From the NCBI RefSeq assembly GCF_006345805.1, contig NC_043005.1, positions 1,178,001-1,242,000 on the forward strand: a stretch of DNA of 64,000 bases, read 5' to 3'. Shown piece after piece: positions 11,695 to 23,499 of this stretch (its first letter is position 1; every line of letters begins with the position of its first letter). The position numbers and the translations under genes were made by a program. The notes under the pieces are model-generated. The model had not been told where the DNA came from and did not search any database. It saw nothing but the letters and a program-made list of their open reading frames with translations. This DNA is from Octopus sinensis (Eukaryota).

Positions 11695-12463
11695 CATCAT
11701 CATCATTTAACGTCCGTTTTCCATGCTAGCATGGTTTTGACTGAGGGCTGGCAAACCAGATGGCTACACCAGGCTCCAGTCTTGATCTGGCAGAGTTTCT
11801 ATAGCTGGATGCCCTTCCTAACGCCAACCACTCCGAGAGTGTAGTGGGTGCTTTTTATGTGCCACCTGCACGGGGGCCAGTCAGGCGGTACTGGCAATGA
11901 CTTCACTTAAACCTTTTTACACGTGCCACCAACACAGGTGCCAGTGAAGTGATGTTGGTAACGATCATGCTCGAATGGTGCCCTTTTACGTGCCACAGGT
12001 ACGGAAGCCAGTTGGCTGCTCTGGCAACGATCACGCTCGGATGGTGTTCTTGGCACCCTACTAGCACAGGCATAAGTGCCAGTAAGGCGACGCTGGTAAT
12101 GATCATACCCGAATAGCCACTCTGTCAACGATCACACTCATATGGTGTTTGCACCCCGCTAACACAGATGCCAGTCATCGAAGTGATTTTGATTTGATTT
12201 CACTTGCCTCAACAGGTCTTTGCAAGGAAAGTTTATTGACCAAAGAAGGAAAAGCTATGCATAAGCGGGCTGGTTATGCTCATGGCACAGGCCACGGGTT
12301 GTGGTTTCATCTGGCTTGCCGGGTCTTCTCGAGCATAGCATATTTCCAAATGTCTCGGTCACTAATCATTTCCTTGGTGAGGCCTAATGTTCAAAGGTCG
12401 TGCTTCACCACTTCATCCCAGGTCTTCCTGGTTCTACCTCTTGTACAGGTTCCCTCAACCACT
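11695..12463 (-). mobile_element. RTE LINE 3' fragment (5'-truncated)
   Basis: Encodes [22 protein letters not shown] on the minus strand, plus the 3' UTR and (GAT)n tail. Confidence 0.85.
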
Positions 12464-12483
12464 ATGTACATATATATATATAC

Positions 12484-12534
<51 letters not shown>

Positions 12535-12846
12535 CATATATACATATATATATATACAGTGTACTTTGTGTACTATATGTACAGTGTATATATATATTAG
12601 TGTACTTATATATGAATAATATATGGCGTGTCCCAGAACACCAGCGATAATAATTAATTTTATTTTATCGCATTTGACTTTGTTTATGTATTTTCTCGAT
12701 AAATTTTTGAGCGTTAGACGATATACCAGAAAACCCTATTTTGTCGGGTACGTTCTGAGTCTGTGCAGTGATTTGAATTGTTTAGAAAGAGCAATTTAAT
12801 AGACGCATGTGCCTTTATTAATGTGCGCTTCCCATAATAACAGGAA

Positions 12847-12919
12847 TCTTACTGAAGAGCCTACCTGAGTAAATAAATATTATTTTTATTGCTGAAATAG
12901 GCGAAACTGCAGTCTAAGA
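12847..12919 (+). ncRNA. Type I hammerhead ribozyme (copy 1), predicted cleavage after C12914
   Basis: Stem I TCTTA/TAAGA; core CTGAAGA (12852-12858); stem II GCCTA/TAGGC; GAAA (12903-12906); palindromic stem III ACTGCAGT; GTC cleavage triplet. Confidence 0.9.
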
Positions 12920-13250
12920 AGAACTAAGTTTGTAAAAGTTTTTAATTTTCATCTCATTAAATTTATCCAGCTTTTGTGTATCTGGTACACACTTCGCCTT
13001 TTAGTGTACTTATATATGAATAATATATGGCGTGTCCCAGAACACCAGCGATAATAATTAATTTTATTGTATCGCATTTGACTTTGTTTACGTATTTTCT
13101 CGATAAATTTTTGAGCGTTAGACGATATACCAGAAAACCCTATTTTGTCGGGTACGTTCCGAGTCTGCGCAGTGATTTGAATAGTTTAGAAAGAGCAATT
13201 TAATAGACGCATGTGCCTCTATTAATGTGCACTTCCCATAATAACAGGAA

Positions 13251-13323
13251 TCTTACTGAAGAGCCTACCTGAGTAAATAAATATTATTTTTATTGCTGAA
13301 ATAGGCGAAACTGCAGTCTAAGA
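13251..13323 (+). ncRNA. Type I hammerhead ribozyme (copy 2), predicted cleavage after C13318
   Basis: Identical in sequence to copy 1, 404 nt downstream. Confidence 0.9.
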
Positions 13324-13522
13324 AGAACTAAGTTTGTAAAAGTTTTTAATTTTCATCTCATTAAATTTATCCAGCTTTTGTGTATCTGGTACACACTTCG
13401 CCTTTTAGTGTAATTATATATGAATAATATATGGCGTGTCCCAGAACACCAGCGATAATAATTAATTTTATTGTATCGCATTTGACTTTGTTTACGTATA
13501 TATATATATACATATATATATA

Positions 13523-15081
13523 TGATTGATTGATTGATTGATTCTAGTTTCAGCTCATGAGCCGTGGCCATGCTGGGGCACCGCCATTTGGTGTTGCTAC
13601 ATGGCCCTACTTCACGAAAGCTTTTTAGCAACTGCCATTTGGTGCATGAGAGAGTTCGATGCAGCTGCCCTCATCTGCACCTCCTGCCGTGAAGTTGGTT
13701 CATCTGGGACACCTGACAGGAAGAGATCCAGCTTCATTTTAAAGACATCTGTATCCACCCCATGCAGGTCTCTCAGGTTCTTCGGGAGGATATTGAAGAG
13801 CTGTGGGCCTCGGAAGCCCAGGCTATCACAGAATCTTGTCCTACATCTTGATGGCAGGTATGGAGTCCTAGGCACCACGCAGTGGCGCCCAGTTCTGGCA
13901 TTTGCGTAACTCTCGATGCCAAAGTTCAGGACACTTCCCTCCAGGATCTTCCAGATGTATATTATGGCATATCTTTTCCGCCTACACTCCAGGGAATATA
14001 ATTTTAATATCTTGAGTCTTTCCCAGTAGCTTACATTCTGCATAGAGGCTATCTTCTTTGTGTAGCTTCGTTGGATCGCCTCAAGTTCTGTGATCAACTT
14101 GACACTGGATGGTGACCATAGCTGAGAGCAATAGTCAAAGTGGCTTAGGACAAGTGTCTTCCAGAGGACCATCATGGTTTCTTGTTCTCTTGTTCTAAAG
14201 GTTCTAAGAATCCATCCAGCCAGCCGTCTACATTTCATTGTCAGTTTAGCAACATGTACATGAAAGGTCGCGTCATCACTCATGTGAATACCCAGGTCAC
14301 GAACTGATTGTGCCTCTGGGATTGCAATCCCTCCGGGTCCAGTGTATTCATTGGGTATTGCATTCAGTTTTGCATGCTGATAGTATAAAGCTTGAAACTT
14401 TCCAGCATTGAACTGCATGCTATTCTTTTCAGCCCACTTGTATATTTCGTCCAGCTCACATTGCAGGTGTTTAGTGTCCTCAGGGTTCTGTATTGCCTGT
14501 GAAACTTTTGTATCATCTGCATAACTTGTGATCGTGGCTCTCTGCGTGGCTGAGGGCATGTCTGAGAGGGCCATTATGAACAGTAGTGGTCCCAGAACAG
14601 TGCCCTGCGGAACACCGCTCACTATTTGTGTGTTAATGGAGGTGGCCCCATTGGCTACTACCACCTGACTTCTATCCTTCAGAAAGTCATGAAGCCATTC
14701 TCCCAGTTTTCCAACTATGTTGAGATCACGCAGTTTGTGACATATCATTCCATGATCGACTTTATCAAAGGCCTTTGCAAAGTCGAGATATATCACTTCC
14801 ATATTTGAGTGGTTGAGCAGCCATTTCAGCACCCAGTCATAGTGTTGTAGGAGCTGAGTTAAACAGCTTCTCCCTGGTCGGAAACCATGTTGGGTGTCAG
14901 GCAGCAAGTCATTCTCTTCAAGGAAGGTGATCAGCTTCCTTCTGACTATTCGTTCCATGACCTTGCTGATGTGTGAGGTCAGAGAGATAGGTCTATAGTT
15001 CTTGGCTTCCGCTCTGCTACCTCCTTTATGAATGGGGCATATTTTACCTTCCTTCAGTTTTCCTGCAAGTTTGCCAGGAAA
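13523..15081 (-). mobile_element. Young 5'-truncated CR1/L2-group LINE (family A) with uninterrupted RT-to-stop ORF and (AATC)n tail
   Basis: Open frame from about 15081 to 13612: NYRPISLTSHISKVME, QHGFRPGRSC, YLDFAKAFDKVDH, GVPQGTVLGPLLF, YADDTK, RDLGI. Tail GATTGATTGATT on the plus strand. Confidence 0.95.
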
Positions 15082-15106
15082 TATATATATATATACATAT
15101 ATACAT

Positions 15107-15520
15107 AGGTGCAGGAGTGGCTGTGTGGTAAGTAGCTTGCTAACCAACCACATGGTTCCGGGTTCAGTTCCACTGCGTGGCATCTTGTGCAAGTGTCTTC
15201 TGCTATAGCCCCGGGCCGACCAATGCCTTGTGAGTGGATTTGGCAGACGGAAACTGAAAGAAGCCTGTCGTATATATGTATATATATATAAGTGTGTGTG
15301 TATATGTTTGTGTGTCTGTGTTTGTCCCCCTAGCATTGCTTGACAACCGATGCTGGTGTGTTTACGTCTCCGTCACTTAGCAGTTCGGCAAAAGAGACCG
15401 ATAGAATAAGTACTGGGCTTACAAAGAATAAGTCCCGGGTCGATTTGCTCGACTAAAGGCGGTGCTCCAGCATGGCCACAGTCAAATGACTGAAACAAGT
15501 AAAAGAGTAAAAGAGTAAAG
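15107..15520 (+). mobile_element. Full-length CORE-type tRNA-derived SINE
   Basis: A-box-like TGGCTGTGTGGT, B-box-like GGTTCAGTTCC, core-like CTTGTGCAAGTG, LINE-like 3' stem-loop and AAAGAGT tail. Confidence 0.9.
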
Positions 15521-15555
15521 GTATATATAATACATATATATTATATATATATGTA

Positions 15556-15785
15556 TTATTTATCCCAGAAAATATCTCACTATGAATTCTCCCTAAATAA
15601 ATATCTTGTTTGCTGAATAGAAACTGCAGTCTGAGAATTTTCCGGTTTATAAATATTTATCTTCATTTCACTTATAATCATTCTGTATCCTAGCACATAT
15701 TTCGCCTTAGGTATATATATAAACTATATTTGTGTTAGTATACCAGCGATATATTATTTTTTATTCTATCAATTTGATTGTTATA
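15556..15785 (+). mobile_element. Degenerate relative of the 404-bp hammerhead unit
   Basis: TCTCA-CTATGAA...GAAACTGCAGTC-TGAGA (15575-15636), and downstream CACATATTTCGCCTTAG...ACCAGCGATA similarity to 12990-13055. Confidence 0.6.
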
Positions 15786-16304
15786 TACATATATATGTTA
15801 TATATATGTTATCTATATATTATACATATATACATATACATATATATATATATACAATATATATATATATACTATATATTATACATATATTATATATACA
15901 ATATATATATATACATATAGATACTATATATATATATATATAGATATACATATAATATATAGATACATATATATATATACATATATATATATATACATAT
16001 ATATATACATATATATATTACATATATATATATTAATACATATATATATATATATACACAATATACTATATATATACACATTATATATATAATATACAAT
16101 ATATATATATATATACACACATATATATATATATCACATATAATACATATATACACATATATATACATATATATATATTACATATATATATATATATATC
16201 ATATATATATATATACACATATATACATATATATATATACACATATATATATATTACACATATATATATATACACATATATATATACATATATATATTAT
16301 ATAC

Positions 16305-16337
<33 letters not shown>

Positions 16338-16386
16338 CATATATATATACATATACATATATATATCATATATATATACATATATT

Positions 16387-16444
<58 letters not shown>

Positions 16445-16559
16445 ATATACATATATATATACATATACATATATATATACATATACATATATATATACAT
16501 ATACATATATATACATAACATATATATATACATATACATATAATATACATATACAATAT

Positions 16560-16594
<35 letters not shown>

Positions 16595-16726
16595 TATACA
16601 TATACTATACATATATATATACATATATATATACATATATATATACATATATATATACATATATATATACATATATATATAAATATATATACATAGATAT
16701 ATACATATATATACATATATATATAC

Positions 16727-16757
<31 letters not shown>

Positions 16758-16772
16758 CTATATATAATAACC

Positions 16773-16802
<30 letters not shown>
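15786..16802. repeat. ~1-kb interrupted (TA)n / (TATATATACA)n array
   Basis: Direct reading. Confidence 0.95.
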
Positions 16803-16803
<1 letters not shown>

Positions 16804-19092
16804 AATCCTTAAATCCTTAAAAATGTTTTAGCCCGAAGGCCGCGGCCATGCTGGGGCACCACCGCTGAATGAGCTACACTAGTTTGTGAATCCACCTCTG
16901 ATACGTGGCACTTGATCAACAAGGGAGTTCGATGCTGCTGCCCGCATCCGTGTCTCCTGTCGTGAGGTAGGTTCATCTGGGACTCCCAACAAGAAGAGAT
17001 CCAGTTTAGTTTTAAAGAAACCCACATCCACACCATGTAAGTCTCTCAGGCATTTAGGGAGGATGTTAAAGAGCTGTGGTCCTCTGAAACCCAAGCTGTT
17101 GCAGTATCTGGACCTGTATTTTGATGGTGATGTTGGAATCCTTGGCACCACGCAGCGGCGCCCCGTTCTGCGGTTGGAGTAACTTTGAATGCCAAAGTTT
17201 GGGACAAGACCCTCCAGGATTTTCCAGATGTATATCACTGCATATCCTCCCCTCCGCTCCAGGGAGAAGAGGTTTAATACCTTCAGTCTTTCCCAGTAGC
17301 TGACATTTTTGCATTGAGACGATTTTCTTTGTGTAGCTTCTCTGAGTTGCTTCGAGTTCTGCTGTTTGTTTTATATTGTGTGGTGACCAAAGTTGGGAGC
17401 AGTAGTCCAAGCGGCTGAGGACAAATGTTTTCCATAGGACCATCAGTGTCTCCTTCTCTCTTGTTCTGAAAGTTCGGAGAATCCATCCAGCTAGCCGTCT
17501 GCATTTTATCACCAGATTAGCAATATGCATTTGGAAAGATGCATCATTGCTCATGTCAATGCCCAGGTCACGCACTTCTTCCTGGGCCAGTGTATCCAGT
17601 CTTCACGTCATTTACCTTTGTGTGCCAGTAGCGCAGGGCCTGGAACTTACCTGCATTAAACTGCATGTTGTTGTCCTCAGCCCACCTGTATATTGTGTCC
17701 AGCTCATGTTGCAGATGCGCAATATTTTCAGGTTTTGTATTGCGTGGGAGACTTTTGTGTCATCTGCATAGCTAGCAAGGGTGGTCATCGTAGCAACTGA
17801 AGGCATGTCTGAAAGGGCCACTATGACATCAGTGGCCCAAGACAGTGCCCTGTGGGACACCGCTTGTTATTTGCGTTTCCCTGGAGGTGGCTCCATTGCT
17901 CACAACTGCCTGTTTTCTGTCTTTTAGGAAGTTGTGCAGCCACTCTCCAAGTTTCCCACCTATGCCGAGACCACGCAGTTTGTGACAGATCATACCATGG
18001 TCGACTTTATCAAAGGCTTTTGCAAAGTCAAGATATATTACATCCACATTTGAGCCATTTAGTAGCTGTTTCAACACCCAGTCATAGTGTTGCAGGAGCT
18101 GTGTTAGGCAGCCTCTACCTGGTCGAAATCCATGCTGGGTGTCAGACAGTAACATTTTCTTCAAGGAACATGATTAGTTTCTTACAGACTATTCGTCCAT
18201 GACTTTGCTGATGTGTGAGGTCAGAGAGATAGGCCTATAATTTTTAGCATCTGCTCTGCTAACTCCCTTATGGATAGGGCATATTACCCCCTCTTTCAGT
18301 TTGACTGGGAGCTTACCACTTGCAAGAAAGCTCTGAAAAAGAAGCTGTAGCGGTTTGCAAGGGCTCGTTTGCACGATTTGAGAAGGATCGCTGGGAATCC
18401 ATCAGGTCCAGCAGCTGAGTTTGTGTCAATCTCATCAATGGCTAGTGTGATATCATCTTCTTCGATGTTGATGTACTCAATTTTGTCTCTTTGGCCGCTG
18501 GTAAAGTGGCAAAGAATTCTTCTGGGTTGTTTACTTGCCTGTGTCCTAGAGGTGTAGTGAACACACTTTGGAACTGTTCGTTCAGTATTTCACTTATCCT
18601 CTGGGATTTCCTGTGAGAGAGCCATCTTTTTGGAAGAGAGGTCCTATTCTCTGGTGCACTGTGGCTGTCTCTTTGGCAAACTTAAAGAAAGCTTTAGGGG
18701 GTTTGATTTTATATTTTCTATTACCCAAGCTTCTTTATCTGCTCTCTCCTTTTCATGGGACTGATGTAGACTTTTCTCAGTTTCCATTAGCATTCTTTCG
18801 AGCCGAGACTTCTCACCACTTTTGGTGTGCTTGCTCAGGCGGTTTGCAATCCTTGTCCGTCTCATAAGAATCCTCCTTTCTCTAGGGATCCTGTTTTGTT
18901 CTTGTGTGTGCTGGCCCTGCACATTGGGACATATTTGTCACATATGGCTTGTATTATGGACATGAAGTGTTTGTGTTTCATGTTTATGTCCGGTGTGGAG
19001 AGACATTCAGGCCAATCCTGTTTGAGGATCTCTTTCTCAATCGACTTCCAGTTGGCTTTATGAAAGTTTAAGTTGGAGAGATGGTGGGTGCT
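16803..19092 (-). mobile_element. CR1/L2-group LINE family B, copy 1 (5'-truncated, many single-base indels)
   Basis: RT motifs across frames (NYRPISLTSHISK, YLDFAKAFDKVDH, GVPQGTVLG, YADDTK). Short (TAAGGAT)-like tail; both ends abut TA repeats. Confidence 0.9.
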
Positions 19093-19504
19093 TATATATT
19101 ATATATATATTAATATATATATATATATATTATTATATATACATATAATATATATATATATACATATATATACATATAAATTAATTGTTATCGCCATATT
19201 AATATGGCATTCTTATAGATATAGAATAATCACTGCCATGGTCAGCTCCATGAGGCCACCGCCATCAAGATAGCTATTGATACACGATCTGTATCCATTA
19301 TAACCTTCAAACATTTCTTTGTAAGCTACACCAATGCTAGAACGGGACGACACTGCATAGTGCCAAAGATCCCAGCAATGCCATCATGCTTCAGGACCAG
19401 CTTCTGCAATAGCCTGGGTTTCAAGGGCCCACAGCTTGTTAATATTCTCCCAAAGAGTCTGAGGAACTTGCAGAAAGTAGATGTAGCGGTTTTTAAATAT
19501 ATAT

Positions 19505-20474
19505 ATGCAGACAATACGAAAGTCTCGCAGAGAATACAGAACCCAGCGATGTTGCACACCTGCAGCAGGAGTTGGACTCAATCTACAGATGGGCTGAGGA
19601 TAATAATATACAGCTTAATGCTGAAAAATTCCAGGCCCTGCGCTACCAGCATCCAAAACTGAATATTAAACTTACAGGATACACCAGTCCACAGAGAATT
19701 TCAATCCCAGAGCCTAAGTCTGTGAGGGACCTGGGTATCGACATGAGTGATGATACCTCTTTCCAAGTGCACATTACCAGGATGGCGACAAAGTGTAGAC
19801 GACTGGCTGGGTGGATCCTAAGAACATTCAGAACCAGAGATAAGGAAACCATGATGGTCCTCTGGCGGACATTCGTCCTCAGTCGCCTGGATTACTGCTC
19901 ACAGCTATGGTCACCCACCAGTGTAAAATGAACAGCAGACCTTGAAGCAATCCAGAGAAGATTCACAAAGAAAATCGTCTCTTTGCAACAGTTCAGCTAC
20001 TGGGAAAGGTTGATGAAACAGCTAAGACTCTACTCCCTGAGAGAAGAACGGGAGAGGTATGCAGTAATATATGTCTGGAAGATCCTGGAAGGAATTGTGC
20101 CAAATTTTGGCATTGTAAGCTACACCAATGCTAGAACGGGATGACACTGCATAGTGCAAAGATCCCAGCAATGCCATCACGCTTCAGGACCAGCTTCTGC
20201 AACAGCCTGGGTTTCAAGGGCCCACAGCTTGTTAATATTCTCCCAAAGAGTCTGAGGAACTTGCACAAGTAGATGTAGCGGTTTTTAAATCAAAACTGGA
20301 CATCTTCCTGTCAAGAGTCCCAGATGAACCTACCTCACGGCAAGAGGTGCAATGAGAGTAGCTGTATCAAACTCCATTCTTCACCAAGTGCCACATATTA
20401 GACGAGGTTCGTCGCAATAACAGTGTAGCACAAAACGGCGGTGCATCAGCATGGCCGCAGCTCTGAGCTGAAAC

Positions 20475-20496
<22 letters not shown>
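19505..20496 (+). mobile_element. CR1/L2-group LINE family C, 3' portion with poly(A) tail
   Basis: YADNTK...FQALRY...RDLGIDMSDD...WILRTFRTR...LDYCSQLWSP, then 3' motif GGCGGTGCATCAGCATGGCCGCAGCTC and an A-run. Confidence 0.9.
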
Positions 20497-20543
<47 letters not shown>

Positions 20544-20584
20544 CATTATATATATATATTATATATATATATATACATAATATA

Positions 20585-20632
<48 letters not shown>

Positions 20633-20837
20633 ATATATATTACACATATATATACATATATATATACACATATAAAATATATATACATATATAAAATTAT
20701 ATATATAATACACATATATATATATATACACTATATATATATATACATATATACATATATATATATATACACATATATGTATATATATATATATACACCA
20801 TACATATATATACATATATATATATATATCAAATATA
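20497..20837. repeat. (TA)n array
   Basis: Direct reading. Confidence 0.95.
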
Positions 20838-22420
20838 TAAATCAAACCAAATCAAAATAGATGAACATCAATGGAATTTGTATCTTTGTGGTTCCAGTAC
20901 TGGTGGCACACAAGAAAACCATCCGAACGTGGCCGTAGCCAGTACCGCATCGACTGGCCTCCGTGCTGTGGGCACAACAAACACCATCTGATCGTGGCCG
21001 TTCGCCAGCCTCATCTGGCACCTGTGTCGGTGGCACATAAAAAACACCATCCGAAGACCGGCGACGACGTAGTCAGTCCACCTGTGCATACCTTCCTACT
21101 TATGACACTTGTGAAGACCTGTTGAGGCAAGTGTGTGACACCTACTTATGACACTTGTGAAGACCTGTTGAGGCAAGTGTGTGACACTTGTGTAGACCCG
21201 TTGAGGCAAGTGAAAATCAAATCAAATCAAATCAAATCAAACCAAATCAAAATAGATGAACATCAATGGAATTTGTATCTTTGTGGTACCAGTACCGTTG
21301 GCACAAGAAAAACCATCCGAACGTGGCCGTAGCCAGTACCGCATCGACTGGCCTCTGTGACGTGGGCACATAACAAACACCATCCGATCGTGGCCATTCG
21401 CCAGCCTCATCTGGCACCTGTGTCGGTGGCACATAAAACACCAACCGAAGACCCGGCAAGACTAGTCAGGCCATAACCCGTGGCCCCTACTTGGGACGTA
21501 GTCAGTCCACCTGTGCATACCTTCCTTCCTCCTGTGACACTTGTGAAGACCTGTGAAGACCTGTTGAGGCAAGTGAAAATCAAATCAAATCAAATCAAAA
21601 TAGATGAACATCAATGGATTTGTATCTTTGTGGTACCAGGGCCGGTGGCACACAAGAAACCATCCGAACGTGGCCGTAGCCAGTACCGCATCGACTGGCC
21701 TCCGTGCTGTGGGCACGTAACAAACACCATCCGATCGTGGCCGTTCGCCAGCCTCATCTGGCACCTGTGTCGGTGGCACACATAAAAACACCATCCGAAG
21801 ACCCGGCAAGACTAGTCAGGCCATAACCCGTGGCCCCTACCTGGGACGTAGTCAGTCCACCTGTGCATACCTTCCTTCTTGTGACACTTGTGAAGACCTG
21901 TTGAGGCAAGTGAAAATCAAATCAAAACAAATCAAAATAGATGAACATCAATGGAATTTGTATTTGTGGTAGTACCAGTGCCGGTGGCACACAAGAAAAT
22001 CATCCGAACGTGGCCGTAGCCAGTACCGCATAGACTGGCCTCCGTGCTTTGGGGACGTAAAAAACACCATCCGATCGTGGCCGTCCGCCAGCCTCATCTG
22101 GCACCTGTGTCGGTGGCACATAAAAACACCATCCGAGCGTGGCCGTCTGCCAGCCTCGTCTGGCACTGTGTCGGTGGCACATAAAAACACCATCCGAGCG
22201 TGGCCGTTCGCCAGCCTCGTCTGGCACCTGTGTCGGTGGCACATAAAATCACCCACTACACTCTCGGAGTGGTTGGCGTTAGGAAGGGCATCCAGCTGTA
22301 GAAACACTGCCAGATCTGACTGGCCTGGTGCAGCCTTCGGGCTCCCCAGACCCCAGTTGAACCGTCCAACCCATGCTAGCATGGAAAACAGACGCTAAAT
22401 GATGATGATGATGATGATGA
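20838..22420 (+). mobile_element. RTE 3' UTR amplified into four tandem ~340-395-bp units with ~60-bp sub-repeats, ending in the RTE (GAT)n tail
   Basis: ATGAACATCAATGG at 20861, 21256, 21604 and 21941. Sub-repeat CACATAAAAACACCATCCGA...GGCACCTGTGTCGGTGG; RTE tail at 22260-22420. Confidence 0.85.
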
Positions 22421-22456
22421 TACATATATATATTATATTAAATTAGAGACAATTAG

Positions 22457-22647
22457 AGCTACTTACCACACAGCCACTTCTGTGCCTAATGTACATTAGC
22501 ATTTAATAACAAACACACACACATATATGTGGAAGTCATGTCAATTATTGAGACACTGGTTTCATAATTAACATGACTCTCAACACTATTACACAGGGAT
22601 AGGAACAAATAGACATGAAACACATACGTCCAACTTCTCTGCTCTTT

Positions 22648-22650
<3 letters not shown>
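22457..22650 (-). repeat. Inverted duplicate of 25443-25638
   Basis: Near-exact reverse complement, including the first ~25 nt of the SINE head. Confidence 0.9.
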
Positions 22651-22687
<37 letters not shown>

Positions 22688-22897
22688 ATTGAGGTAATCA
22701 GATCAGATGGTTCATCAGATGGTAGATTTAGATATTTATTTATATATTACATTTTTTACATATATATCATATCATTCGGATTAGCGCTTGCTCCCATTCT
22801 AGTGGGTTTTCAAATCAAATCAGTTGTGGGTAGTTTGAACCTTTTTATAGTTTCGTAGTAGTGGGTGAGGAGGAAGTGAGACAGAGAGAAAATATGT

Positions 22898-22953
<56 letters not shown>

Positions 22954-23499
22954 TTATATCTGAGAGTGAAGAAGTGTTATTTCCGTTGGTCTGCTGGACC
23001 CCCTGTGGTTTTATAAGAACTTTGGCCGTCCATTTCAATGTCACTGAGTGTGTGTTGTGCATAGGTTGGCCTGGCAAATGTCATTTGGGGTCACACTTTC
23101 TATGATCATTCTGTGGAGGTGTGTGTGTGTGTGTGTCTCTGTGTGTCTGTGTGTGTTTTTTGTGTGGTGCGTGTGTGTGTGTGTGTGTGTATGTGTGTGT
23201 GTGTGTGTGTGTGTCTGTGTGTTTGGAGAAGGGGAGAGAGACAAAAAGAGAAAAGGGAAAATAAAAATAATAATAATAAAAATAAAAAATAAAAAAAATA
23301 AAAAAAAATAAAAAAAATAAAATAAAAACAAAAAATAAAAAATAAAATAAAAAAATATAAAGAATAAATAAAAATATAAAGAATAAAAAATAAAAAAATA
23401 AAAATAAAAATAAAAATAAAAATAAAAATAAGGGAGGAAGTGGAGAAGAAAAAATATTTTTGTGTGTTGATATTTATACCAACACATATATATACACAC

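Larger units (their letters stand above)
12597..13497 (+). mobile_element. Non-coding 404-bp tandem repeat (2.2 copies) with hammerhead ribozymes; non-LTR retrozyme-like or PLE-terminus-derived
   Basis: Unit starts at 12597, 13001 and 13405. The two full copies differ at about 7 positions by my comparison. There is no supportable ORF, and each full unit has one hammerhead. Confidence 0.85.

Noticed and set aside
15107-15190. tRNA gene
   Set aside because: The A/B boxes belong to the SINE head; there is no complete cloverleaf, and it continues into the SINE body.
13612-15336. 574-aa ORF as a host gene or SINE-LINE fusion protein
   Set aside because: The first ~85 aa are chance read-through of an antisense SINE and a TA run; the rest is a 5'-truncated LINE ORF2.
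15732-16788. Numerous Ile/Tyr-repeat ORFs (also at 7.0-7.3, 20.4-20.8, 28.8-31.0, 34.2-35.0 and 54.7-55.9 kb)
   Set aside because: These are translations of (TA)n microsatellites.
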